Virus record (IMG/VR): IMGVR_UViG_3300020044_003662
Coordinates: 1-37,517 of that record
Reading direction: 5' to 3' (one strand)
Length of the DNA: 37,517 nt
Source: a virus
Lineage: Duplodnaviria > Caudoviricetes
Positions 9,186 through 19,829 of the stretch are shown piece after piece. How positions within the stretch are numbered: position 1 is the stretch's first letter; every line of letters starts with the position of its first letter. The notes beneath the pieces were generated by a model. The model had not been told where the DNA came from, searched no databases, and worked only from the letters and a program-made list of their open reading frames with translations. The translations under genes were made by a program, and so were the position numbers.

Positions 9186-11521
9186 TGGCAACCATTGGTT
9201 CACTATCGGTCAAACTAGGCCTTGTCACGGTCGAGTGGGACGCCGCCACTGAGAAGGCAAAACGTCAAGCCAAAGACCTACAGACAGCGTTCAACAACCT
9301 TGGGGCCGGTTTCAAAAAGGCGTCCGATATGTGGCGCGACTTTGGCGGCATTATTGGGACCGTAGGCATTGCCGGACTGATTCAACAGACAATCCAACTC
9401 ACAGCGGAAATCAAGGACCTCTCAGAGGGCTTTGGCATCACTGTTTCGCAGACACTGGCCTTCCGGGATGCGCTGATGGGGGCCGGTGCTGATGCGGCGA
9501 GCGCGGGCAAGATGATGTCAACGTTGTTCGCCAAGATTGACGATGCTCAACAGGGCAACGACAAGGTTGTGGCTCAGTTTGAAAAACTCGGCATCACGTT
9601 CAAGGAAATCAAGTCAACAGACCCGTATGACATGATTCTGCGAGTCGCTCAAGGCTTTGACCAAATTACCAACAAGGCTGAAAAGGCCAAATTGGTGAAA
9701 GAGTTTTTCGGCAAGGCGGGTATCCAGTTGGATATCAAAGAAGTGTCCGCTGTACTGGCTGAAGGCACAGACCGGTTTGACAAGTATGCTGAAGGCATTA
9801 AGGCTGTTGGGCAAATCAGCGACAACCTCGCCAAGAATTTTGAAAACCTCAAGATTGCTTTTGCGCAACTCATGGCTCCATTCGCTGACAGTTCAGTGGT
9901 GAAGGTCGAAACATACCTCAAGATTCTTCAGGCACTAGCGGCGGGAGGAATCGCGTTCGGCATCATGAAGATTGCTGTGGCCTTCTATGAGTTGAGCAAA
10001 GCCATCCTTGCGGCGCGGGCGGCGGGTGCTTTGTTCAATGCGACTGTTGGTAGCACAACACCTATCGGCATCGCCATTAAGCTGTTAGCGGCGGGCGCGG
10101 CGGCAATCGTGTTCTTTGCGGGCGGTTCGCCTGATTCTGTCAAGGCCCCAACAGGCGCGGGCGGTTCAGAAGCCGGTGCGGACGGTTCAACTGACGGTGA
10201 GTCGGCAAGCACCAAAGAGGCTTTGAACAAGCGCAGTCAGGTACAGTTAACACGCGAGTTGACAAAACTCGATATGCAACGCGCCAAGATTCAAGCGGAC
10301 TTTTTGAATCAGGACCAGTTACACAATCAGCTTGCCCTGTCAGAAATTTCCATGAAGGAAAAACTGTTACAGATTGACCAAAAACTTGCCAACGAGTTGC
10401 GGTCAATGGGCGATGACGCAAGCAAAGACCTTATCACGCAAACCAAAGCCCTCGCACAAGCGGAAAAAATCCGTGTTGTAGAGGCCGCCTATGACAATGA
10501 ACAGTTGTTGCGGGCTAAAAACCTGTATGAAGTCAAACAGAAAATGTTTGAAAGCGAGATGAACTATCTGCGTTCACTCGGGAATACTGGTGCGGACTAT
10601 GAGCAAGAAACGCCGGAACAAATTAGACAAGCAGAGGACGAGCGAATCAGGGCGCGACTAGGGTTGTCCAACCAAGTGAAAGAAACCGCAAGGCTCACCG
10701 ATTTAGACAACAAGCGACTGGAATTCTCGAACAGTCAGATGATGCTTGACGAGCGTCAGGTGAATTTGGCAATGGAACGGTATGACCTTGAGGCCAAGAT
10801 TGCCGACTATCGCCGCGAGGCAATGGCTAAAGGCGAAACAAATCAAACTGTTATTGAGGCTATGGTGAGAACTATGCGCGAAGCCGGTGAGGAAACAATC
10901 CGCTTGAAGCAACAGACGATTGACACACAGCGCACGTTTGAATACGGTTGGACACAGGCTTACAACAGCTTTATGGACAGCGCAACCAACGCCGCCAATC
11001 AAGGCCGCGATGTGTTCAATGCCTTCACAAACAACATGAACTCGGCAATCGACAATTTCGTCAAGACCGGCAAAATGAGTTTCAAGGACCTTGCCCGTAG
11101 CATCATCGCAGACCTGATTGCCATTCAGTTGAAAGCCTCGGTGTTAGGAATGTTCCGTGGCCTGAGTAGCATTTTTTCTTTTGGCTCTGGCGGCTCAATG
11201 ATTGGCGCGGATTATTCGCTGTCTACCGGCTCAAGCTATGGCCTCAAAGGACGAGCATCAGGAGGCGATGTGTCGAGCAACACGCCGTACATCGTGGGCG
11301 AACAAGGCCCTGAGTTGTTTGTGCCAAACCGTTCCGGCTCAATCATCCCCAATCACTCGTTGGCGAGTTCTATGGGCGGCAGTACAAACGTGACAAACGT
11401 CAACATCAACGCAATCGACACAAAGAGTTTCGAGGACCGTCTGATGAACAGCCCCAACGCAATTTGGGCGGCAAATCAATACGCCAACAAGTCGTTGGCA
11501 ATCGGTCGTGGGAGGTCGTAA
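9185..11521 (+). CDS. Tape measure protein (lambda-family C-terminus)
   Basis: 778 aa, helical; IGSLSVKLG N-terminus, FVKTGKMSFKDLARSII, RASGG...YIVGEQGPELFVP. Confidence 0.93.
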   Translation: MATIGSLSVKLGLVTVEWDAATEKAKRQAKDLQTAFNNLGAGFKKASDMWRDFGGIIGTVGIAGLIQQTIQLTAEIKDLSEGFGITVSQTLAFRDALMGAGADAASAGKMMSTLFAKIDDAQQGNDKVVAQFEKLGITFKEIKSTDPYDMILRVAQGFDQITNKAEKAKLVKEFFGKAGIQLDIKEVSAVLAEGTDRFDKYAEGIKAVGQISDNLAKNFENLKIAFAQLMAPFADSSVVKVETYLKILQALAAGGIAFGIMKIAVAFYELSKAILAARAAGALFNATVGSTTPIGIAIKLLAAGAAAIVFFAGGSPDSVKAPTGAGGSEAGADGSTDGESASTKEALNKRSQVQLTRELTKLDMQRAKIQADFLNQDQLHNQLALSEISMKEKLLQIDQKLANELRSMGDDASKDLITQTKALAQAEKIRVVEAAYDNEQLLRAKNLYEVKQKMFESEMNYLRSLGNTGADYEQETPEQIRQAEDERIRARLGLSNQVKETARLTDLDNKRLEFSNSQMMLDERQVNLAMERYDLEAKIADYRREAMAKGETNQTVIEAMVRTMREAGEETIRLKQQTIDTQRTFEYGWTQAYNSFMDSATNAANQGRDVFNAFTNNMNSAIDNFVKTGKMSFKDLARSIIADLIAIQLKASVLGMFRGLSSIFSFGSGGSMIGADYSLSTGSSYGLKGRASGGDVSSNTPYIVGEQGPELFVPNRSGSIIPNHSLASSMGGSTNVTNVNINAIDTKSFEDRLMNSPNAIWAANQYANKSLAIGRGRS

Positions 11522-12120
11522 TGGCGGGGTTTCAAACAATTTTTGAGATTCAACAGAACATGACGGTGAACAACCGGCGTACTGTTGGGCAACAAGTCGC
11601 AAGGTCAGGCTACATCACTGTGGCTCAGTACCTTACGGCTGTGCCTTGGGTGTTTACCGTTCAGCCTCACGAATACTTGTACTACCCGCAAGTCCGGGAT
11701 GTTATTCAATCAATTGACAATGCTGACCGTCAAAATCCTGAAACGATTGTTTTCAACAGCGCAAATTTGTCTTGGTTCACGAAGATGCAAGGCACGGCTA
11801 CAGCGGCGACATTAGCGGCAACCCCTGCGGCAAACTCTCAGACCTTGTCATTGACTTCCAATGGAACATACAAGGCGGGTGATTTCATCATGATAAACGG
11901 CTACACGTACAAGGTGACTGCCGATTCAGCCGGTTCAACCGTTTACATACACAGGCCTGTCATAGGTGCGCCAACATCCGGGACTACGGTTTATTTGGGG
12001 AATGCTTGCACGTTCACTGTTGTAGCAGAGGCTTGCCCAACATATACTTTGAACCCAATGGCTGACGGTGCTTATGTACGTTGGGACCAACCATTCGTGT
12101 TTAGGGAATACATTACATGA
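11521..12120 (+). CDS. Distal tail-like protein
   Basis: TAATG-coupled directly after the tape measure gene; 199 aa; call by synteny. Confidence 0.6.
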   Translation: MAGFQTIFEIQQNMTVNNRRTVGQQVARSGYITVAQYLTAVPWVFTVQPHEYLYYPQVRDVIQSIDNADRQNPETIVFNSANLSWFTKMQGTATAATLAATPAANSQTLSLTSNGTYKAGDFIMINGYTYKVTADSAGSTVYIHRPVIGAPTSGTTVYLGNACTFTVVAEACPTYTLNPMADGAYVRWDQPFVFREYIT

Positions 12121-12782
12121 CAACTATCAATGCTGTTAATTCGGCCTCCATACGTCACGCTGAATTCGTCAAGCTATCTGTAGGCAACCCAGTAACAAGC
12201 ACTTACGCATTTTGTAATGCGGCGGGGGCCGTGACTGTCAACGGCACAACGTTTTCAAACCTTGGGGCTTTGTTGAGCGTTGGTGACGTACAGCGCGACA
12301 TTAAAGCAACATCTGACGATATGACAATCCAGTTGACTGGTATTGACCCAACGAACATTGCTTTGATTCTTGGTAGCGACATCAAGGGTTCCCTGATAGA
12401 GGTTTGGCGAGGTTTCCTCGATTCCAACAATCAAATCATCACAACGCCTACACAGCAGTTTTTCAAACGCTACCAAGGCATCATTAACAATGTTGCAATC
12501 ACCGAGGACTTCAACACAGAGGCGCGTATTCGTGTTGCCACTTGTTCAATTTCCTGTAGTTCAATGCGCCGCATTCTTGAAAACAGAATTTCCGGGATTA
12601 AAACCAACACAAGCAGTTGGCAGTTTTTCTACACGGGCGACACATCTATGAACCGTGTTCAGGAAATTTCAAATCAGTTTTTTGATTTTGGCGCACCTCC
12701 GAAATCTCAGACACAAAGCGGTAGCGGCAACGGCAACACAGTCAGCGATGCCTCTACAACATCAGGCGGCGATGCCCCATGA
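12117..12782 (+). CDS. Minor tail / tail hub protein
   Basis: LGALLSVG, IQLTGID, VWRGFLD patterns; synteny. Confidence 0.6.
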   Translation: MTTINAVNSASIRHAEFVKLSVGNPVTSTYAFCNAAGAVTVNGTTFSNLGALLSVGDVQRDIKATSDDMTIQLTGIDPTNIALILGSDIKGSLIEVWRGFLDSNNQIITTPTQQFFKRYQGIINNVAITEDFNTEARIRVATCSISCSSMRRILENRISGIKTNTSSWQFFYTGDTSMNRVQEISNQFFDFGAPPKSQTQSGSGNGNTVSDASTTSGGDAP

Positions 12783-13225
12783 TTCGACTGGCCTCAAGGT
12801 ACGACATTCCAAGGTTGCTTGAAATCGTGGAGGCATATTCGTATGAGAACCCTGTTGACGCTCTTGGGAAAACCAACAATCATTTTCCCCAACACGTTGA
12901 ACAACTGTTGTTTTCTATCATTCAGGGTCGAGGTTTCATTTACATAGACAATGATATGACAGGGGCCTTGATAGCGATAAAGCAATCCAACGTGTGGTCG
13001 CCGTCTGTTAGGGAACTACATGAATTGCTCTGGTGGGTTGAACCCGAACATCGCAACGGAACCATTGGGGGCCGCTTGTGGAAGGCTTTTGATAAAACCG
13101 CAACAGAGATGTTGAAAGAGGGAACCGTCAATGTCGTGTACACATCTGTGTCTGCGAACGGCCCGTTGATTGATTACACGACAAGAGGCTACAAGCCTGT
13201 TGGTGCTAGTTTTGCGAAGGAATAA
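12779..13225 (+). CDS. GNAT-fold acetyltransferase-like protein
   Basis: MIRLA N-terminus; WWVEPEHRNGTIGGRLW resembles acetyl-CoA motif A; C-terminal YTTRGYK. Confidence 0.72.
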   Translation: MIRLASRYDIPRLLEIVEAYSYENPVDALGKTNNHFPQHVEQLLFSIIQGRGFIYIDNDMTGALIAIKQSNVWSPSVRELHELLWWVEPEHRNGTIGGRLWKAFDKTATEMLKEGTVNVVYTSVSANGPLIDYTTRGYKPVGASFAKE

Positions 13226-13227
13226 AA

Positions 13228-16200
13228 ATGGTCAGCACGTTGCTAGTCCCTGCGTTTATTGAAATCGGTATGAGTGCCGCTGTTGCGGCGTTCTCAGCTA
13301 ATTTCGTTGTTTCTTATGCGTTGTCTTTTGTTGTTAATCGCGTGTTCGGTAGTGAACCCCCAACACAAACTGACAACGGTGTAAGACAGCAGATTCCTCC
13401 AAGCACTACCAACGGCATACCAATGGTCTATGGTGATGCTTACTTGGGCGGTACGTTTGTGGATGCGGTCCTGACAGAGGACCAAAATCAGATGTATTAC
13501 GTTTTGGTTGTGAGCAGTCTGAGTGAGGACGCAACAAGCACATTTACGTTCAACACGGACGATATGTACTACGGTGACAGGAAAATCACGTTTGATAGCA
13601 CAGACCTTACCAAAGTCGTTATGTTGACTGACGAGGCCGGTAATGACGATGAAACTATCAGCGGCAACCTCTACATCAATCTGTACAAGTCAAACTCAGC
13701 CGGAACGATTGTCCCGGTCAACTCGTCTGTCGCGCCTAGCACCTTGATGGGCGGCTCAGACATTGCTGTTGCTCAACGTTGGGCTTCGGCTAACAGGCAG
13801 ATGAATGGTTTGGCTTTTGCTATCGTCAAACTTACATACAGCCGGGAGGCACAGACAACAAGCCTTCAGCCAATCACGTTCTATGTCAGCCAGTACCTCA
13901 AGGGTTATGACCGGGCACGTCCCGGTGACGTTTGGTATGACTACATGACGAACCCGTACTATGGCGGTGCAATCGACAGTAGTTATGTTGACACGACAAC
14001 CCGTGACACGCTCAACACATATTCGGATGAATTGATTACGTTCACAGATAGTGACGGCAACCCTGCTACACAGCGAAGATACAAAATCAACGGCGTGTTG
14101 AATGCGGGCGAAACCGTATTGAACAACGTTGACAAAATCCTAATGGCCTCTGACAGTTGGATGGCTTATCAGGCCGTGTCAGGAAAATGGTCAATCATTA
14201 TCAACAAAGCAGAAACAACAGCGTATGAGTTCAACGACAACAACATTGTTGGAGATATTCGTGTTAGCGCGACTGACATTACAAGTTCAATCAATCAGAT
14301 TGAGGCCAAGTTTCCTTTCAAAGGCAACCGGGATCAACCGGACTATGTAAACATCAAGACCCCTACAGGCCTGTTGTATCCCAATGAGCCAGTCAACAAG
14401 TACAGCATCTCGTTTGACCTTGTAAATGATTCTGTTCAGACTCATTACCTCGCCAACAGGATTCTTGAGCAAGCCCGTGAGGACTTGATTGTTTCTTTCA
14501 ACACAACGTTCTACGGCATTCAGGTAGATGCGGGCAACGTAATCTCTGTCACGAATGCTGATTACGGTTGGACAAATAAATTGTTCCGTGTAATGAAGGT
14601 CAATGAAGTCGCTTTGGCAGACGGAAACCTTGGGGCGCGACTTGAGTTGAATGAATACAACGCACAAGTTTATGACAATCAAACCATAAATCAATTTGCG
14701 CCAATCCCTAACAGCGGCCTTGCATCACCGGGATTTTTCTCTGCATTGTCTGCACCTACCGTGACAGGGTTCCCAACTGTTGCTGTACCTCACTTTGACG
14801 TTCAAGTTTACATAGCGGCTACTGGTAGGATTACATACAGCAATCTGTATTACACAACGTCACCAACGCCAGTCATTTCCGACTGGAAATTGTTGGGCAC
14901 GGCTGAAAGTGCAAATTCACAGCCCGTTGTCAACAACACTTACTACACGTTTGGCAATCAAATCTTAGGTGCGGGAACGTATTATTTTGCCTACAACGTT
15001 GGTAACGACATTAGTCAATCGGCACTCAGCCCTAAAAGCGCGGCCTTTGTGTGGGCACCTGTTGCGGGAACGGGTCCAACGGGTCCAACGGGTTCGTCTG
15101 TTACTGGACCAACGGGTGCAACGGGCACAACGGGTCCTACTGGTGCATCGTTAACGGGGCCAACGGGTCAAGCGGGATTACAAGTCGCAAGACCGGCTGT
15201 TTACCAATGGGCCTTGTCAACACCGTCCATATCGGGTTCCTCGACTTACACATGGGCAACAGCTTCGTACACGGCCCCTAGCGGATGGTCAACGACAATC
15301 ACTGCGGCTCCAAGTGCAGGGTTTATTTTGTACACGGCTACGGCAACTGTCACGGATGTGGCTACGGCAACAAGCACGGCTTTCAGTTGGACAACGGCAA
15401 GTATTGTTGTGTCAGGCTATGCCGGAACCAATGGCGCAACCGGACCCACAGGCGGCGCGGGCGCGACTGGACCTACAGGCGGCTCTGGGGCTTCTGCGCG
15501 GATTATGTATGCGCGTATTGCAAGCAACCCTGTGCCTGTTACCGGCACGGTCACTGTCAGCGGTGACAACAAACCATCAGGCGCACAAGGAAGTGCTGTA
15601 TGGGGTGCGGCGTTCAATGTAACTTGGTACGACAACGACCCTGACCCTTCAAGCAACAACTCGTTGTATCAGGCTGATGGTATCTACAACGGCACAAGCA
15701 CGTTTTGGTCTACGCCATACATATCTGCTTTGAAAGTGGGTGCTTTGTCAGCGGTTTCGACTAACACCGGAAGTTTGACCGTAAGTGGAACATTACAGTC
15801 CAATACTGCGGCTATCAGCGGAACAACAATGACCGGTTCGGGCGGCGTGTTGTATGCGTCAGGCAATTTTGCTTTTGGTAACAGCACAACCAATATTGCT
15901 TTCAACGGGTCACAGATGACTTTGAACGGCAATGTTGTAGCCACAACGAACATCAATGCTAACGCTGTAACAAATGCTAACAGCGCATACACGGGTGGCG
16001 GCATCAGTATTTCAAAAGATGCGGCTGTAGAAACAACGGTGCAATCAGTGGTTTTGACTTGTAGTGGTGAACGGGTTTTCGTTGCAACATCCGGTCGAAT
16101 TGAACTTGGCTACAACACTGTTGACAACGTTTATGAAGATGTTATTGCTGTTCTATACATCGACTCACTGGCTCTTGACTACGCTTGGAACTCGATGAAT

Positions 16201-16335
16201 TTTTCTTACAGCGGGATACCACCTGCGGGGACTTTTACTTTCAGTGTCAAAGTTCATGTTGCTTCAACATACTCAACAGGCTCAAACGGGATTGCCTCTA
16301 GCAGATCAATGTTTGTCATGGAAACAAAACGATGA
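13228..16335 (+). CDS. Tail tip / central fibre protein (gpJ-like) with short collagen segments
   Basis: 1035 aa; IPMVYG, YDYMTNPYYG, RYKING motifs; GPTG triplet runs. Confidence 0.85.
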   Translation: MVSTLLVPAFIEIGMSAAVAAFSANFVVSYALSFVVNRVFGSEPPTQTDNGVRQQIPPSTTNGIPMVYGDAYLGGTFVDAVLTEDQNQMYYVLVVSSLSEDATSTFTFNTDDMYYGDRKITFDSTDLTKVVMLTDEAGNDDETISGNLYINLYKSNSAGTIVPVNSSVAPSTLMGGSDIAVAQRWASANRQMNGLAFAIVKLTYSREAQTTSLQPITFYVSQYLKGYDRARPGDVWYDYMTNPYYGGAIDSSYVDTTTRDTLNTYSDELITFTDSDGNPATQRRYKINGVLNAGETVLNNVDKILMASDSWMAYQAVSGKWSIIINKAETTAYEFNDNNIVGDIRVSATDITSSINQIEAKFPFKGNRDQPDYVNIKTPTGLLYPNEPVNKYSISFDLVNDSVQTHYLANRILEQAREDLIVSFNTTFYGIQVDAGNVISVTNADYGWTNKLFRVMKVNEVALADGNLGARLELNEYNAQVYDNQTINQFAPIPNSGLASPGFFSALSAPTVTGFPTVAVPHFDVQVYIAATGRITYSNLYYTTSPTPVISDWKLLGTAESANSQPVVNNTYYTFGNQILGAGTYYFAYNVGNDISQSALSPKSAAFVWAPVAGTGPTGPTGSSVTGPTGATGTTGPTGASLTGPTGQAGLQVARPAVYQWALSTPSISGSSTYTWATASYTAPSGWSTTITAAPSAGFILYTATATVTDVATATSTAFSWTTASIVVSGYAGTNGATGPTGGAGATGPTGGSGASARIMYARIASNPVPVTGTVTVSGDNKPSGAQGSAVWGAAFNVTWYDNDPDPSSNNSLYQADGIYNGTSTFWSTPYISALKVGALSAVSTNTGSLTVSGTLQSNTAAISGTTMTGSGGVLYASGNFAFGNSTTNIAFNGSQMTLNGNVVATTNINANAVTNANSAYTGGGISISKDAAVETTVQSVVLTCSGERVFVATSGRIELGYNTVDNVYEDVIAVLYIDSLALDYAWNSMNFSYSGIPPAGTFTFSVKVHVASTYSTGSNGIASSRSMFVMETKR

Positions 16336-16691
16336 AATACACGATTTACAACACGACAACAGGCGAAATATCGCGGGTTGTAATTTGCAACGACCCACAA
16401 GAACAACTTGGCAACGGCGAGTCTTACATTGACGGAGATTATTCAGACATTGAATACCAAATTGTTAATGGCGAGGCTGTAACAAAACCAACACCGGTAT
16501 TTGACGCTGAATCGGCGGCTGTTGCTATTCGTATTAAACGTAACAAGCTGTTGCTTGCAAGCGATTACACACAGTTGCCTGACAGCAAAGTCAATAAGGA
16601 TGTTTGGGCGTCCTATCGAGAGGAATTACGGAACCTGACACAACAATCAGGGTTTCCGCAAAATATTGTTTGGCCCGTTGCCCCAAATTAA
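16332..16691 (+). CDS. Tail fibre assembly chaperone-like protein
   Basis: RNKLLLASDYTQLPD...WASYREELRNLTQQSGFPQNIVWP motif. Confidence 0.82.
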   Translation: MKYTIYNTTTGEISRVVICNDPQEQLGNGESYIDGDYSDIEYQIVNGEAVTKPTPVFDAESAAVAIRIKRNKLLLASDYTQLPDSKVNKDVWASYREELRNLTQQSGFPQNIVWPVAPN

Positions 16692-16732
16692 GGTTTGTGG
16701 CTAAAATCATCAAAAGACAAGAAACCAATGGC

Positions 16733-16770
16733 CCGCGAGTGCGCGGATGTTCTACCTGAGTACAGGGAAC
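16733..16770 (+). promoter_or_regulatory. Twin hairpins with G-AGUR-C loops; the second overlaps the RBS
   Basis: CCGCG-AGTG-CGCGG and GTTC(TA)CCTG-AGTA-CAGGGAAC, ending 3 nt before ATG 16774. Confidence 0.5.
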
Positions 16771-16773
16771 GCT

Positions 16774-17259
16774 ATGGCGATTTTCAACAAGAATACTCTT
16801 GCGCAAGTAAGCGGTTTTGACAACCCAATTTTGGCCGGTGAGCTAGTTTGGGACCAACAGACGTATTGGAACCTCACTTTCCAAACCCCTTCCGCTGTGG
16901 ATATTGACCTAACAGGGGCCACTATCAGCGCACAAATCGTTCGCAGACAACTTAGCAACATAACAGACACACGTTATGGGCTGACGTTTGACATCTCAAA
17001 CTATCGAATCACTCCACCGTCAATTCCTTTGACCATTACAAACTTTGACCCTTTACAGGGAAGTTTCACATTGGTAATTGACGCCGGTGCTTGGTCCTTA
17101 ATGGCTACAGACCCTGAACTGAATATCAACGCTGTAGATTGCGTTGGCTACTCAGGTCGTGTCAAGGTAAGCCTTCCCTCAGTAGGTTCAACACCCGCTG
17201 ATGATTTAATCATTTTCCTTCTGTTTTTAGTCCGTTCTGATGGGGTAATCGTATTATGA
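16774..17259 (+). CDS. Putative fibre-attachment / baseplate (BppU-like) protein
   Basis: [12 protein letters not shown] motif; directly precedes the collagen fibre gene. Confidence 0.55.
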   Translation: MAIFNKNTLAQVSGFDNPILAGELVWDQQTYWNLTFQTPSAVDIDLTGATISAQIVRRQLSNITDTRYGLTFDISNYRITPPSIPLTITNFDPLQGSFTLVIDAGAWSLMATDPELNINAVDCVGYSGRVKVSLPSVGSTPADDLIIFLLFLVRSDGVIVL

Positions 17260-19826
17260 GCACAGTATCCGTACAAACTGGTAGCAACATTATCCTGAAG
17301 GTCGACAGGGGTGTTCAGGGTCCAACAGGCCCTACTGGTCCCGCAAATGGACCCACCGGCTCCACAGGACCCACTGGCGCAACTGGACCCACTGGCGCGA
17401 CCGGACAAGGCGTGCAAATCAAGGGCACGGTAGCGACCGTTCAGAATTTGCCTTCAACAGGCAACGTGACTGGTGACTCATACATCGTTGAAGCGGACGG
17501 TGATCTGTACGTTTGGTCCGGGACGGCATGGAACAATGCCGGTCCTATTGTTGGCCCAACAGGAAGCACTGGCCCAACAGGTCCTACTGGTTCAGCCTCC
17601 ACTGTTGCCGGCCCTACAGGACCACAAGGCGTACAAGGTAACACTGGAGCCACAGGACCGACTGGCGCGGCTTCAACGGCTGTTGGCCCGACTGGACCTA
17701 CCGGCACACAAGGCATTCAAGGAAATGTCGGACCCACCGGGCCACAAGGCGTGCAAGGCATTCAAGGAATTCAGGGCGACTTGGGACCCACTGGACCTAC
17801 TGGCGCGGCCTCCACAGTAGTTGGACCTACTGGCGCAACCGGCGCGGCGGGTTCCGTTGGACCTACAGGCCCCACTGGCGCAACTGGCGCGGATTCGACT
17901 GTTGCCGGTCCAACTGGCCCAACTGGTGCGCAAGGTGTTGGCGCAACCGGACCAACTGGAACACAAGGCGCACAAGGCAATATTGGCCCCACAGGACCGC
18001 AAGGCATACAAGGCGAAACCGGAAATGTTGGCGCATCAGGCCCAACAGGACCCACAGGCTCTGTTGGCTCCACAGGAAATGTTGGACCTACGGGACCTAC
18101 TGGTGCTGATTCGACTGTTGCGGGTCCCACAGGACCTCAAGGCGCACAAGGCATTCAAGGCGTACAAGGCAATGTCGGCCCAACAGGAAGTCAAGGCGCA
18201 CAAGGCAACGCCGGACCTACTGGACCCACAGGCGCGGCCTCTACAGAAGTTGGCCCAACAGGTCCGACCGGTGCTACTGGTGCGGCATCTACCGTTGCCG
18301 GCCCAACAGGTCCTACTGGTGCGGCGGGTGCTGATGGTTTGTCATCATCTTTTTATCAATATCAATCTGACGCAAACCAAACATCGGGCACACCCACTTC
18401 CGGTCATGTGTATTGGAACAACGCGACACAAACATCTGCCACAAATTTGGTTTTCAGTCATCTGACAAGCAATGGCATTGACGTTGACTTGTTCTTGGCA
18501 TTCTTGAAGACTGGCGACAGTATTGTGTTGCAAGATGCGGCGAGTTCCAACAACTACCAAAAATGGATTTTGACTGCTGACCCAACAACAGTACCAAACA
18601 CATCCATTACTTGTCCTGTTACTTTGTCCACATCTGGCGGTACAGGCACAACTGGCTTCGCAAACAATCTAGCTTTGATTGCCGTGTTGCAGTCTGTTGG
18701 TGTTGTTGGCCCTACCGGTCCTACAGGCGCGGCTTCTACTGTTGCCGGTCCCACAGGCCCAACAGGAAATGTTGGCGCGACTGGCCCCACTGGCGCACAA
18801 GGCGATGTTGGCCCCACCGGACCACAGGGCGCACAGGGCATTCAGGGCGTTCAGGGAAATGTCGGACCTACTGGCCCACAGGGAATTCAAGGCGAAACTG
18901 GCGCAACTGGCGCAGTCGGACCCACAGGACCGCAGGGAATTCAAGGTGATGTTGGACCCACTGGACCCACCGGCGCACAGGGAATACAGGGCGTAACTGG
19001 ACCCACTGGCGCACAAGGAATTCAGGGAATTCAGGGCGTACAAGGCGAAGTTGGCCCCACAGGACCCACGGGCGCGCAAGGCAATGTTGGACCTACCGGC
19101 CCCACAGGAGCCACTGGCGCACAAGGCATTCAGGGCGAAGTTGGCCCAACAGGACCTCAGGGAATTCAGGGCGTTGTCGGACCCACAGGCCCCACTGGAA
19201 GCACTGGAGCCACTGGCGCGGTTGGACCTACAGGACCACAAGGAATTCAGGGCGAAGTTGGACCTACTGGACCACAGGGCGTTCAGGGCATACAAGGCAT
19301 TCAGGGCGTTACAGGACCTACCGGACCAACAACGTACCCTGCAAGCGGTATTGCCAACTCGTCCGGTTCTGCTTGGGACACATCCTATTCCACAACAGGA
19401 ACTGGCTCAGTGGTTGTTTTGGCGACAAGCCCAACCCTGACTACACCGGCTATCGGAACGCCGTCCTCGGGCAATTTAAGCAACTGTACTGCTGACGGCA
19501 CAAATGCCGTTGGTTACAGAAATATTCCAAGGTCGGGCGCGGCTAAAACTTCCAGTTACACGCTTACAACAGGCGATGTTGGTGAGTTTATCCAACTTGA
19601 TACTGGTGGAAGTGTTGTTGTACCAGATGCAATTTTTGCTCTTGGTGACGCGGTTGTTATTTACAACAACACAGCAAGTTCAATTACGCTTACTATGTCA
19701 ATCACTACTGCGTACCTTGCAGGCACAGCAACTGACAGGGCCACAATGACTTTGGCACCCGTTGGTATTGCTAACATCCTTTTCCTATCAGGTACTATTT
19801 GTATTGTCACAGGAAACGTGAGCTAA
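17256..19826 (+). CDS. Collagen-like fibre protein (long GPT/GAT/GIQ triplet runs)
   Basis: 856 aa; Gly-X-Y blocks interrupted by globular inserts; C-terminal head domain. Confidence 0.9.
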   Translation: MSTVSVQTGSNIILKVDRGVQGPTGPTGPANGPTGSTGPTGATGPTGATGQGVQIKGTVATVQNLPSTGNVTGDSYIVEADGDLYVWSGTAWNNAGPIVGPTGSTGPTGPTGSASTVAGPTGPQGVQGNTGATGPTGAASTAVGPTGPTGTQGIQGNVGPTGPQGVQGIQGIQGDLGPTGPTGAASTVVGPTGATGAAGSVGPTGPTGATGADSTVAGPTGPTGAQGVGATGPTGTQGAQGNIGPTGPQGIQGETGNVGASGPTGPTGSVGSTGNVGPTGPTGADSTVAGPTGPQGAQGIQGVQGNVGPTGSQGAQGNAGPTGPTGAASTEVGPTGPTGATGAASTVAGPTGPTGAAGADGLSSSFYQYQSDANQTSGTPTSGHVYWNNATQTSATNLVFSHLTSNGIDVDLFLAFLKTGDSIVLQDAASSNNYQKWILTADPTTVPNTSITCPVTLSTSGGTGTTGFANNLALIAVLQSVGVVGPTGPTGAASTVAGPTGPTGNVGATGPTGAQGDVGPTGPQGAQGIQGVQGNVGPTGPQGIQGETGATGAVGPTGPQGIQGDVGPTGPTGAQGIQGVTGPTGAQGIQGIQGVQGEVGPTGPTGAQGNVGPTGPTGATGAQGIQGEVGPTGPQGIQGVVGPTGPTGSTGATGAVGPTGPQGIQGEVGPTGPQGVQGIQGIQGVTGPTGPTTYPASGIANSSGSAWDTSYSTTGTGSVVVLATSPTLTTPAIGTPSSGNLSNCTADGTNAVGYRNIPRSGAAKTSSYTLTTGDVGEFIQLDTGGSVVVPDAIFALGDAVVIYNNTASSITLTMSITTAYLAGTATDRATMTLAPVGIANILFLSGTICIVTGNVS

Positions 19827-19829
19827 ACC

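Noticed and set aside
17310-19335. Dense tandem repeats as a CRISPR array or satellite
   Set aside because: They are 9-nt-period Gly-X-Y codons with free third positions and no repeat-spacer structure; the overlapping antisense ORFs are shadows.
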